From: an uncultured Clostridia bacterium
GTDB taxonomy: Bacteria; Aerophobota; Aerophobia; Aerophobales; B3-G15
Assembly (NCBI GenBank): GCA_964482715.1
Contig: CAYZYX010000015.1
Span: 1 to 38,730 of the forward strand
DNA length: 38,730 nucleotides
Direction: 5' to 3'
Made by a program: the position numbers and the translations under genes. The notes beneath the pieces are model-generated. The model was not told where the DNA came from. It made no database searches and saw only the letters and a program-made list of their open reading frames with translations. Positions 18,361-27,280 of this stretch are shown one piece after another (the stretch's first letter is position 1; every line of letters starts with the position of its first letter).

Positions 18361-19091
18361 ATAAAAGTGGGAGGAACAGATAGCTTCCTGAGTGCCAAGA
18401 TGGCTTGATTGATGTGTTTTTGGCCCTCTCTTAAAGTGAAAAGCTTATGACCTGGTAAGAGAACGTCTACAGAAAGACCTGATAGTCGTCCAATGTAGCT
18501 GCGATAATCGGCAAGATTTGAACCCCAGTAATTTAAAAGTCCTATCTCTCCATTGTAAAAAACCACGTCACCGGTAAAAAGAATATTTTTCCCCTCATGT
18601 TCTAAAAAATAGCAGGTTGATCCCGGACTGTGCCCCGGAACATGAATAGCCCTTAGTAAAAATCTTCCAACCCTAATAATATCATCGTGTGATATTCTTA
18701 CATCGGCTGAGCAATGAGGAAAGACATAATCCTGAGAGTATATACCACTTTCTTTGGCTATAATTAAGCCAAGCTCTTCATCTGTTCCCTCTTCAAGAAG
18801 ATTAACCTCGTTACTGTGGACAAAGATCTTGCACCCAAATTTTTCCTTCATTTTCCTGCACCCACCAGCATGATCTGCATGAGTGTGAGTTAGGATAATC
18901 TTGGTGATTTTATCAGGACTAAATCCTTCTTTCTCTATATTTGTAAAGATTTGCTCTATCTCAAGCCCCACACCCGCATCGATTAAGGCAAGCTCCTCTT
19001 TTCCATCCAGAAGATAAACATAACAGTCATTAGGATGTGAAAGACCTAACATTCCAGCTCCTACAAGGTAGATACCGGAAAATATCTTCAT
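18357..19091 (-). CDS. Metallo-beta-lactamase-fold hydrolase
   Basis: THTHADH, PGHSPG, FTGD, LPGH. Confidence 0.92.
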   Translation of the reverse strand: MKIFSGIYLVGAGMLGLSHPNDCYVYLLDGKEELALIDAGVGLEIEQIFTNIEKEGFSPDKITKIILTHTHADHAGGCRKMKEKFGCKIFVHSNEVNLLEEGTDEELGLIIAKESGIYSQDYVFPHCSADVRISHDDIIRVGRFLLRAIHVPGHSPGSTCYFLEHEGKNILFTGDVVFYNGEIGLLNYWGSNLADYRSYIGRLSGLSVDVLLPGHKLFTLREGQKHINQAILALRKLSVPPTFI

Positions 19092-20083
19092 AATGATATC
19101 TCCACTCCTTTTTCTGCAGACTCTATGGCTGCCAGAGTTATTTTAACTGACTCTCTAACATCCTCAAGGGGAACTTTTCTCTGTGGCTGCCTTTTTAAAA
19201 CACACTGCATAAAATAATCCAGTATCCGATAAACTGTCCCCCATGCTCTGGTCTCAACCGTTGGCCAGAAAAAAATGTCAGGATGTTCACCCCTTTTCTC
19301 GGTCCAGACAGACATACCCACACAGGGAGAGTCAATAAAGGCAACCCCCCTGGATCCTATAACTTCCACTGTGGAGTTTAACTGGGTAGGAGCACCATCT
19401 GGAAGTAACCAGGATGTTTCAACTACGGCAATTCCACCACGGGAAAATGTCAGTACAGCCCAGTAAGTATCAGCAATATGCGGATTCAAAATATTTATCT
19501 TTCTGGCATAAACTTTAGTTACTTCATCTTCCATGTACCAGCGAGCAAGGTCAATTTCATGGATACCAGTTTCAAGCATAGGTGTGTGTTTTGCATGCTG
19601 TTCAAAAAGACCCCTCCATACGTTTCTTTTACTGTAAATAGAGACGATTTTTCCCAGTTCTCCTCTTTTTATTCTTTCTTTAAGCATCTCATAGCGAATA
19701 TCAAAGCGAAGGGTATGGGCCACCATAAAGATAACCTTTTTTTCTCTTACCTTCCGGATTATTTTTTCAATTTCTTCCATATTAAGTGCCAGAGGTTTTT
19801 CTGCCAGAACATCTTTTTCTGCCTCAAGGGCTGCTAAAATTGGCTCAGAATGTCGTTCCGGTTCAGTAGCCACTATTATGACCTGAATTTCTGGATCTTG
19901 GATTATTTTTTGAAAATCAAGATAGTATTTTTTTATTTTATACCTTTGAACTATTTGTTTACATCTTTCTTCACTACGGGAGCAAACAGCTACCATCTCA
20001 ACATAAGGCAAGGTAGAAAGAGCAGAAATTTCAACTTCTCCCCACCTTCCTAAGCCGATAATTCCAACTTTTACTTTATTCAT
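19088..20083 (-). CDS. Gfo/Idh/MocA-family oxidoreductase
   Basis: GIIGLGRWG, AEKPLA, ETGIHEID. Confidence 0.92.
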   Translation of the reverse strand: MNKVKVGIIGLGRWGEVEISALSTLPYVEMVAVCSRSEERCKQIVQRYKIKKYYLDFQKIIQDPEIQVIIVATEPERHSEPILAALEAEKDVLAEKPLALNMEEIEKIIRKVREKKVIFMVAHTLRFDIRYEMLKERIKRGELGKIVSIYSKRNVWRGLFEQHAKHTPMLETGIHEIDLARWYMEDEVTKVYARKINILNPHIADTYWAVLTFSRGGIAVVETSWLLPDGAPTQLNSTVEVIGSRGVAFIDSPCVGMSVWTEKRGEHPDIFFWPTVETRAWGTVYRILDYFMQCVLKRQPQRKVPLEDVRESVKITLAAIESAEKGVEISL

Positions 20084-20105
20084 TTCTTGTTTTTCATAAA
20101 ATTTT

Positions 20106-20807
20106 TTATGGAAGTAGCCTTTCTGGCCTTATTCTGCCCCAGACCTGGTATACCTGAAAGGCTTCAGCGTATTTTACTCCACACTGTCTTCCTCTAAAGG
20201 AAGCTATATTTTTCATAAATTCAACGTAATCAATATTGTCATGCTCCTTCAACCATTTATACTGGGATTGATGACAGAGAAGCATTTTTTCCTTGATTTC
20301 AATAACATCGGAAATGTCAACGTAATCGGTTGGAGAAAATCTCACTCCAGCAAGTGTATCCATAAAGATTATTGGTGGTATAGAGGGAATAAACTCATGT
20401 TGGGTTACATAGTTGGGAGTTGTGGCAGCAAAGCTTGCAGAAATTACAATACGTGAAGTCATAGAGTGGTCAACCATGTAATCGTCTGGATGATGAGTTA
20501 TAATGAGATCAGGGCGAGCAAGACGAATTAAATCAGCGACCTTCTTTCTGGTATCGGGAGTATCATATATCTCAAAATCACCGAAAAAGCCTCCTTTTAT
20601 CTTTGCTCCAATTATCTTAGCAGATTTTTTTGCCTCTTCTTCTCTAATCCTGGCAAGTTCAGGTGGTTTTATCTCATAGTGCCCCTTATCTCCATTACAA
20701 AGGTAAGCCATAAAGATCTCATCTCCCCGTTTTTTAAACTTGACAAGAGTCCCCGCACATAAAAGTTCTATATCATCAGGATGTGCACCTACAGCTAATA
20801 TGCGCAT
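20106..20807 (-). CDS. PIG-L/LmbE-family N-deacetylase
   Basis: GAHPDDIE, R.EEA, DYMVDH, HQSQ, YAEAF. Confidence 0.92.
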   Translation of the reverse strand: MRILAVGAHPDDIELLCAGTLVKFKKRGDEIFMAYLCNGDKGHYEIKPPELARIREEEAKKSAKIIGAKIKGGFFGDFEIYDTPDTRKKVADLIRLARPDLIITHHPDDYMVDHSMTSRIVISASFAATTPNYVTQHEFIPSIPPIIFMDTLAGVRFSPTDYVDISDVIEIKEKMLLCHQSQYKWLKEHDNIDYVEFMKNIASFRGRQCGVKYAEAFQVYQVWGRIRPERLLP

Positions 20808-20844
20808 TTTTTAACCTCTAAGACTTAAAGTTATTTCAGAAGTA

Positions 20845-21606
20845 TTACTCGGCTGTCAAACCACCATCTATCACCAGTATCGAACCGGTCATAAAAGCAG
20901 AATCATCTGAGGCAAGGTAAAGGGCGAGACGGGCAACATCTTCTGGTAAGCCTCTTCTTCGTAAGGGTTGCCAGTTAGTTTTGGCCTCTGCGGGGTCTTT
21001 TTCTGGGGCATAGTGAGCTACAACTGTATCTCCTTGAGCTGTATCTATCATTCCCGGACAGATACAGTTGACCCGGATATTATCGGAAGCAAAGTCAAGA
21101 GCCATATTTCGGGTCAAATTTATCACACCCCCTTTGGAAGCATTATAAGCAGCAGCCTCCCTGGCTCCTACAAGACCAGCAACTGAAGCAATATTTATAA
21201 CCGAACCTCCGCCTTTTTTCTGCATTACGGGGATGATTTCACGGGATACAAGAAAAATTCCCTTTAAATTTGTATTTAAAACCTGATCCCAGATCTCTTC
21301 ACTAAGGGTGGTTACTTTTCCCGGTCTCCAGATTCCAGCATTGTTAACCAGTATATCAATCTTTCCACAAAAAGAAATAGCTTTCTGTGCCATATTCTTT
21401 ACCTCATCAACCTGAGAGACGTTGGTCTTTACAAATAAACACTTGCCCCCTTTTTCTTGAATTTCTCTTTGTGTTTTAGTTCCTTCTTCTTCATTTACAT
21501 CGGCAATAACCACTTTACAACCCTCACTGGCAAAAAGTCGAGAGATGGCTTTTCCTATCCCCATAGCACCACCTGTTACAACAGCTGATTTTCCTTGTAA
21601 TTTCAT
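20845..21606 (-). CDS. Short-chain dehydrogenase/reductase
   Basis: TGGAMGIG, NNAG, YNASK, DGG. Confidence 0.95.
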   Translation of the reverse strand: MKLQGKSAVVTGGAMGIGKAISRLFASEGCKVVIADVNEEEGTKTQREIQEKGGKCLFVKTNVSQVDEVKNMAQKAISFCGKIDILVNNAGIWRPGKVTTLSEEIWDQVLNTNLKGIFLVSREIIPVMQKKGGGSVINIASVAGLVGAREAAAYNASKGGVINLTRNMALDFASDNIRVNCICPGMIDTAQGDTVVAHYAPEKDPAEAKTNWQPLRRRGLPEDVARLALYLASDDSAFMTGSILVIDGGLTAE

Positions 21607-21625
21607 TCACTCCCTCCCTTATTGT

Positions 21626-22447
21626 CTATTTTAAAGCCCCCATGGTTAGGCCCTTTACCAGGTGTTTTTGAGCAAGAATAGTAAATACCATCACTGGAAT
21701 TAGGGCTAGCACTCCGCCTGCTGTCATATATCCCCATCCAATACCTGTCTCTTTAATATAGCTTGTGATACCTACAGGCAAGGTTACTGCTTTACTTCCA
21801 GTGAGAATAAGGGCGAAAAGAAATTCATTCCAGGAAAAAATAAAAGTAAGGATACCTGTTGCTACAAGACCAGGAGCTACAAGAGGCATGGCTATTTTCC
21901 AGAAGGTTCCAAAAGTAGAACACCCATCAACAAGGGCACTTTCCTCGATTTCTTTAGGGACTTCTTGAAAAAAACCTTTCATCATCCACACCGCGAAAGG
22001 TAAATTGAAGGTAAGATAGGTTATAATTAAACTTAATGGATTGTCCAAGAGACGGAGATTTTTCATGATAATATAAAGAGGTATAATAGCAGCTACAGGT
22101 GGCATCATTCTTATTGAGAGGATCCAAAATGAAATGTTTTCTGCTCCTTTAAATTTAAAACGGGCTAAAGCGTAACCAGCCAGAGAACCCAGAAAAAGAA
22201 CTATTCCGGTATTTGAGGAAGCAATTATTAGACTGTTTAATAGGTAGTTCTCGATGGGGGTTTTCTGGATGGCCTCCCTATAATTTTCCAAAGTAGGTAT
22301 AAAAATCCAGACAGGAGGAAAGCTGAGTGCCTCTGATTCTGTTTTGATAGAGGTGAAAAATAAAATAAAAGGTGGAAAAAGTATTACAATGAATATCAGA
22401 ACTGTTATTATTATAAAAATTGCGGTTTTGAGTGTTCTTATATTCAC
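21626..22447 (-). CDS. Carbohydrate ABC permease (MalG-like)
   Basis: EESALVDG, SWNEFLFA, KGLTMGALK. Confidence 0.93.
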   Translation of the reverse strand: MNIRTLKTAIFIIITVLIFIVILFPPFILFFTSIKTESEALSFPPVWIFIPTLENYREAIQKTPIENYLLNSLIIASSNTGIVLFLGSLAGYALARFKFKGAENISFWILSIRMMPPVAAIIPLYIIMKNLRLLDNPLSLIITYLTFNLPFAVWMMKGFFQEVPKEIEESALVDGCSTFGTFWKIAMPLVAPGLVATGILTFIFSWNEFLFALILTGSKAVTLPVGITSYIKETGIGWGYMTAGGVLALIPVMVFTILAQKHLVKGLTMGALK

Positions 22448-22451
22448 CTCT

Positions 22452-23375
22452 TTATCCTTTAGCTATATTTTTTGTTTGCAATACTCGAATCAAACTTATT
22501 GAAATTACCGTTACTATAACTAAAACCAACCAAGATAAAGCTGAAGCGTATCCCATGTGGAAAAACTTAAATCCATATCGATAAGTATAGTAATTAAGGA
22601 CTTCTGTACTCATTCCAGGTCCACCTTGGGTGAGGACAAAAATTAGATCAAAGGTCTTAAAAGAGTCCATTATTCTGATGAGAAGTGCTACCATCATTAT
22701 TGGAGTTAAAAGTGGTAAGGTTATATAGCGAAAGATTTGCCACGAACTTGCCCCATCAACAATAGCTGCTTCGAAAGAATCCTGAGGTAAAGCTTGCAAT
22801 CCAGCTAAAAGTATTAAAGCCATAAAAGGAGTCCATTCCCAAATATCAGCCATCATTACCGAGGGAAGAGCAGTTTCTGGTTTACCTACCCAGTTAATAG
22901 GTGGAAAACCAAATAAAGTGAGAAAGTAATTAAGCATACCCAAATCTGGATTGTACATGAGTCTCCATATAATTCCTACTACTACAGGTGTCATGGTGGT
23001 GGGAACAATCAAAGTGGTTCTTAAAAATCCTATAATTTTGGTTGTAATTCTGTTTAAAATAAGTGCTACTGCAAGACCCAACGCAAACTGGAGCGGGACT
23101 GTTCCCAAGAGGTAGAGAAAGGTTACTTTAAGTGTGGAGCGGAAATAGGGATCGTATAGAAAGATAGTTTTATAATTCTCCAGACCAATCCATGTCCACT
23201 CCTTACCTCTAATTACATTCCATTCGTGGAAGCTTAAGGAAAGGGAAAAAATAAGGGGAAATATAACTATGCTTATGAGTATAATAATTACAGGAGCAAG
23301 AAAGAAAAGCCATGTATATCTACGTCTTATAACGGATAAAAAAACTATTATTTTTCTGTTTTTATTTTTAGTCAT
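22452..23375 (-). CDS. Carbohydrate ABC permease (MalF-like)
   Basis: DIWEWTPF, EAAIVDGAS, TQGGPG. Confidence 0.93.
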   Translation of the reverse strand: MTKNKNRKIIVFLSVIRRRYTWLFFLAPVIIILISIVIFPLIFSLSLSFHEWNVIRGKEWTWIGLENYKTIFLYDPYFRSTLKVTFLYLLGTVPLQFALGLAVALILNRITTKIIGFLRTTLIVPTTMTPVVVGIIWRLMYNPDLGMLNYFLTLFGFPPINWVGKPETALPSVMMADIWEWTPFMALILLAGLQALPQDSFEAAIVDGASSWQIFRYITLPLLTPIMMVALLIRIMDSFKTFDLIFVLTQGGPGMSTEVLNYYTYRYGFKFFHMGYASALSWLVLVIVTVISISLIRVLQTKNIAKG

Positions 23376-23385
23376 TTCTTCTCTG

Positions 23386-23419
23386 AATAGGGGATAAGGT
23401 TTGGTCCTTACCCCCTATT
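23386..23419 (-). other. Intercistronic stem-loop after the binding-protein gene
   Basis: 14-bp stem (minus strand AATAGGGGGTAAGG / CCTTATCCCCTATT, one G-U pair), 6-nt loop. Confidence 0.75.
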
Positions 23420-23429
23420 TTCTTCGATT

Positions 23430-24791
23430 TTACAGATATCCCCACTTCCTCAAGATAAACTCAAACTTCTTATTAGCCTCATCGAGAGCCTTTTTAGCAC
23501 TTTTAGCTCCAGTCATAGCTTCAGATAGAGCAACCTCCAGAGCATCAGCAAGTTCGGAATAAGCAGGAATCCTTGGGCGTCCTTTAGCTATGGGTAAGGA
23601 TTTTAATAGCGTGGGATACCCAACATATTTAGCCTGCAGTTCTGGATCTGCCAGGGAAGAGAAACGATCGCCAGGTTGTGCATAAGCTAATCTTGGCTCC
23701 ATTTCCGGTGAAGTAGCCCAAACTATAAATTCCCATGCCGCCTCTTTGAATTTGGAATCAACTGGGATTTCCAGGCTCCAACCACCAAAAGTAGGAGTTC
23801 GTTTTATACTTCCATCGGGTTGTAGTTTTCCAGGAATCATAGCAAAATCAAATTTGCCAACAATTTTAGATTTTGAAGGGTCTGAACAGAGAGGAGCAGC
23901 ATTGTGCCATTGTAAGTTCATAGCTGCTCTTCCATCGGCAAAGGTACGGGCACTCTCATCCCAGTCATAGGTCAACACTCCCCTGGGGGCAAAAGGAATA
24001 AGAGACTTAAAATACTCCAATGCCGCTACAGCAGCAGGACTGTTTATTGTAGGACGATAATTTTCGTCATACCACTCGCCACCGAATGACCAGATCATAT
24101 TATCATATGTGCACTGAAGCTGGACACCTCTTCTTCCCATGAAAGTTATTCCATTTACGCCGGGCTCTTTCAAATTGAGCTTTTCAGCAGTTTCCTTAAG
24201 CTCTTCCCAGGTTTGAGGGACGTTTATCCCGTATTTTTCAAATATGTCAGTACGATAATGAAGCCCAAATGCAGCATTAATAAAGGGTAATCCATGTATC
24301 CGGTCTTCCCACATACCCTGTTCTTCTAATACTGATGGAATAAAATCATCCAGAGCCAAAGTTTCACGATCCGTCCTCAAAATGAATTTTTCCAAGGGAA
24401 TAGTCCATCCTTCACCTGCATATTGTCCGACCCATACACAGTCAACGTGGACTACATCATAAGCTCCTGTCCCCTGAGTAAGAGCTACCATCTGTTTTTC
24501 CTGTAGAGTAGGATAAGCTAGAATATCAAAGACTACCTTGATTCCGGTCAACTTCTCGAATTCACCAACTAAAGCTTTTAACGCATCAGAGCGAGGTTCT
24601 GCAACCATAGCAACATGGATGGTCTTCCCAGCCCAGGGCTTTTGAGTATAGGTACCAAACTTAAATCCTGGAGGGATGTTTACCTGTACTTCCTTATAAG
24701 CTGCAAGGGCAGGCAAACTAAACCAGCTAATGATAAGTACCATCAGCATCAAGGCTACCGGTACTGCCACTTTTTGTTTTTTGCTAAACAT
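23430..24791 (-). CDS. ABC transporter sugar-binding protein (SBP family 1)
   Basis: Signal peptide ending ALA-A; FEKLTGIKV, YRTDIF, PQTWEEL, GGW, EAAWEFI. Confidence 0.92.
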   Translation of the reverse strand: MFSKKQKVAVPVALMLMVLIISWFSLPALAAYKEVQVNIPPGFKFGTYTQKPWAGKTIHVAMVAEPRSDALKALVGEFEKLTGIKVVFDILAYPTLQEKQMVALTQGTGAYDVVHVDCVWVGQYAGEGWTIPLEKFILRTDRETLALDDFIPSVLEEQGMWEDRIHGLPFINAAFGLHYRTDIFEKYGINVPQTWEELKETAEKLNLKEPGVNGITFMGRRGVQLQCTYDNMIWSFGGEWYDENYRPTINSPAAVAALEYFKSLIPFAPRGVLTYDWDESARTFADGRAAMNLQWHNAAPLCSDPSKSKIVGKFDFAMIPGKLQPDGSIKRTPTFGGWSLEIPVDSKFKEAAWEFIVWATSPEMEPRLAYAQPGDRFSSLADPELQAKYVGYPTLLKSLPIAKGRPRIPAYSELADALEVALSEAMTGAKSAKKALDEANKKFEFILRKWGYL

Positions 24792-24815
24792 TTATTTTAC
24801 CCCCTTAAATTTTTT

Positions 24816-25664
24816 TCAGTTTTTGTATGTTCTCATCACCTCCTGTTTACTGTTTTTAACCCCTTGAAGGTACCCGAGTCTACGGGAGATTTTTTTGGTA
24901 GTTTCCATCAGAAGTTCTTTTAATTTTTCACATCTGGAAGAATTCATCCTAAATGCTGGACCTGAAATACTAATGGCGGCGATCACCTTGCCCTGATAAT
25001 CTCTCAAAGGAGCAGCAACACATCGTACATCTTTCTCATGTTCACCTCTATCTTCAGCAAATCCCTGTTTTCTTATTTTATTCAGTTCTTCTTCTAAAAG
25101 GCTTTTGTCAGTTATTGTTCTCTGTGTAAAACGTTTTAATCCCTTTTTCTCTACAATTTTTCTTCTTTCTCTCTCATCCAGGTGAGCCAAAAGAACTTTC
25201 CCCAAACCCGTACAGTGAGCTGGAGCCCTCCTACCAATCTGGGAGACCATGCGTATTGTTTGAAGAGGTTCTTCTTTATCCAGATATAGAACCTCTCCAT
25301 CATCAAGAATGGCAAGATGGACCGTTTCCTGACATTTGTTCATAAGTTCTCTCAGGTAGGGAGCAGCTTCTTTTACCAGATACATTTTCTGTAATTTCGC
25401 AAGTCCAAGTTCCAGGGCTTTGTTTCCCAGCTCATATTTTCGAGTCACTGGATCCTGCTCAACATAACCTCTGTATTTAAGAGTATCCAGTATTCGATGA
25501 ACGGTACTTGCCCCAATTTTAAGTCTACTGCTTAGTTCAGCGATACCAAGGGAGGAATCTTCTCTAGCAATTGTCTCCAGAATAGTCAAAGACTTATCAA
25601 GTACCTTGATAAGATATTTAGGTTCTGGGGTGTCTTTTTTTACCATCCCGTTTTTATTCTGCAT
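24816..25664 (-). CDS. IclR-family transcriptional regulator (true start may be ATG at 25646)
   Basis: N-terminal HTH (STVHRILDTL..RGYV), ETVHL, PAHCTGLGK, CVAAP, AISISGP. Confidence 0.95.
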   Translation of the reverse strand: MQNKNGMVKKDTPEPKYLIKVLDKSLTILETIAREDSSLGIAELSSRLKIGASTVHRILDTLKYRGYVEQDPVTRKYELGNKALELGLAKLQKMYLVKEAAPYLRELMNKCQETVHLAILDDGEVLYLDKEEPLQTIRMVSQIGRRAPAHCTGLGKVLLAHLDERERRKIVEKKGLKRFTQRTITDKSLLEEELNKIRKQGFAEDRGEHEKDVRCVAAPLRDYQGKVIAAISISGPAFRMNSSRCEKLKELLMETTKKISRRLGYLQGVKNSKQEVMRTYKN

Positions 25665-25714
25665 TATAGAACCTCATTCTGAAATAAGCATAAAAAAATA
25701 ATAAAAAAGGTCAA
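25657..25714 (-). promoter_or_regulatory. Putative promoter and IclR operator of the catabolic cluster
   Basis: TTGACC-16 bp-TATGCT (25714..25687), followed by the palindrome TTCT-N7-AGAA (25657-25671). Confidence 0.5.
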
Positions 25715-25817
25715 GTTATTTTCTCACAGTTTGTTATACATATTTTCGATAAAAGCTCTGTATTAAGAAAAAATACACTTATCTTGTCAAATAAATGAGT
25801 TTTCAACGAGAATACCT

Positions 25818-26486
25818 TTAAGCTTCTTCACAGATTTTTTTGAACTCTCTTGCAGCTTCCTCGAGGTCTCTATCGGGCCTAAAAACAGATGATGTCCCTG
25901 CAATGAAAACATTTGCTCCTGCCTTTTTGGTTTTCCTTATAGTTTCTTCATAGATATTCCCATCAACTGCTATATCCACTTCTAATCCCTTTTTTTCCAC
26001 CATCTCTCTTAATTTTTCTATCTTAGGAATAACCTGAGGAATGAACCTCTGTCCGGCAAATCCAGGTTCAACTGTCATTATTATTACCAGATCAAGTTCA
26101 GAAAGAATATACTCCAGAGGCTCTACAGGTGTTGCCGGATTAATGGCAATTCCTGCCTTTTTACCTTTCTCCTTAATAAGGGATACCATACGAAAAACAT
26201 GATTGGTAGCCTCCAGATGGAAAGTTATGATCTCGCAACCTATCCGGGAAAAAACCGGTATAAAAAACTCAGGCTTGGTAATCTGTAAATGAACATCAAA
26301 GGGAAGATCTGTCTTTCCCCTTAATGACTCCACAATCAACGGCCCCAAAGTCAAATTGGGAACGAAATGGTCGTCCATGATGTCAAAATGAAGCCAGTTG
26401 ATACCGGCTCTTTCCAGTTTCCTCACGTCCTCAAGTAAATGCCTGAAATCAGCACACATTAAAGACGCTGAAGTTTTCACCTGCAA
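25818..26486 (-). CDS. Ribulose-phosphate 3-epimerase family protein (AlsE-like features)
   Basis: HFDIMD.HFVPN, DVHL, MTVEPGFAGQ, VDG; SLMC and GTS.VF segments resemble AlsE; TTG start with GGAGG RBS. Confidence 0.9.
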   Translation of the reverse strand: MQVKTSASLMCADFRHLLEDVRKLERAGINWLHFDIMDDHFVPNLTLGPLIVESLRGKTDLPFDVHLQITKPEFFIPVFSRIGCEIITFHLEATNHVFRMVSLIKEKGKKAGIAINPATPVEPLEYILSELDLVIIMTVEPGFAGQRFIPQVIPKIEKLREMVEKKGLEVDIAVDGNIYEETIRKTKKAGANVFIAGTSSVFRPDRDLEEAAREFKKICEEA

Positions 26487-26489
26487 GGT

Positions 26490-27251
26490 TTATCCTCCAC
26501 TGTTTATGTCAATTTGCGAAAGAGATTTTATAATGACATCAGCCAAACCAGAAAAAGTTTCCGGAGTGTTGACCCCATTAAGTATGCCCACTGTGAGAGC
26601 TACTCTGGCTCTTTTTCCCATAATCATATCATTAACAGTATCACCAACGATTAGGGCTTTTTCAGGCGGTATATTAAGACGGTTACATATAGTAAGAATC
26701 ATTTCAGGATGAGGTTTAGGGTTTTTTACGTCATCTTTACTTATGATAAGATCAAAAAAGTTTTTCAAACCTATTATCTCCAGGACTTCCAGTGTCCGTT
26801 TGTAACTATCGATGGTAGCTACAGCTATCTTCAGTCCAGCTCTTTTTAATTTAGGAATGACCATCTTGACACCAGGAGCCGGTCTGGTTAGCTGTTCAAC
26901 CGGATATCTATTTTCCGCCATCTGGAATACCTCTTCAGCTATCTGACGTGCCTCATCCCAGGGGTAGCCTTCTCTATAAAGAATTGAGGCAGCGATTATA
27001 GCTTCATCTTCCTGAGAAGCCTGAACCAGAGGACCTCGAGGATCAATAAAACCGGTATCCGGGTCTATACCGAAAGAGCGCGAAATCTCTCGTGTAACAA
27101 AAGAAGATACCCTCATTTTTTCCGCAAGTATCCTGATACGAGCTCTTGCTATTTTTTCCCAGGTATAACAAAAATCGACCAGCGTTCCGTCTTTATCAAA
27201 TATGACCAGTTCCCCCTCAACAAGTTTTTTTTCTATCTTAATTTTGGCCAT
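26490..27251 (-). CDS. HAD-family phosphatase
   Basis: FDKDGTL, KPHP, VGDTVND. Confidence 0.9.
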   Translation of the reverse strand: MAKIKIEKKLVEGELVIFDKDGTLVDFCYTWEKIARARIRILAEKMRVSSFVTREISRSFGIDPDTGFIDPRGPLVQASQEDEAIIAASILYREGYPWDEARQIAEEVFQMAENRYPVEQLTRPAPGVKMVIPKLKRAGLKIAVATIDSYKRTLEVLEIIGLKNFFDLIISKDDVKNPKPHPEMILTICNRLNIPPEKALIVGDTVNDMIMGKRARVALTVGILNGVNTPETFSGLADVIIKSLSQIDINSGG

Positions 27252-27280
27252 TTTTCATATCATGCCTGAAGGTTAAATTT

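Noticed and set aside
18357-19091. Antibiotic-resistance metallo-beta-lactamase
   Set aside because: No signal peptide, and it is embedded in a catabolic operon; the fold alone does not imply beta-lactamase activity
25762-25790. TTGACA-17-CTTAAT as a second iclR promoter
   Set aside because: The -10 lacks the conserved first T and A; unsupported in AT-rich DNA
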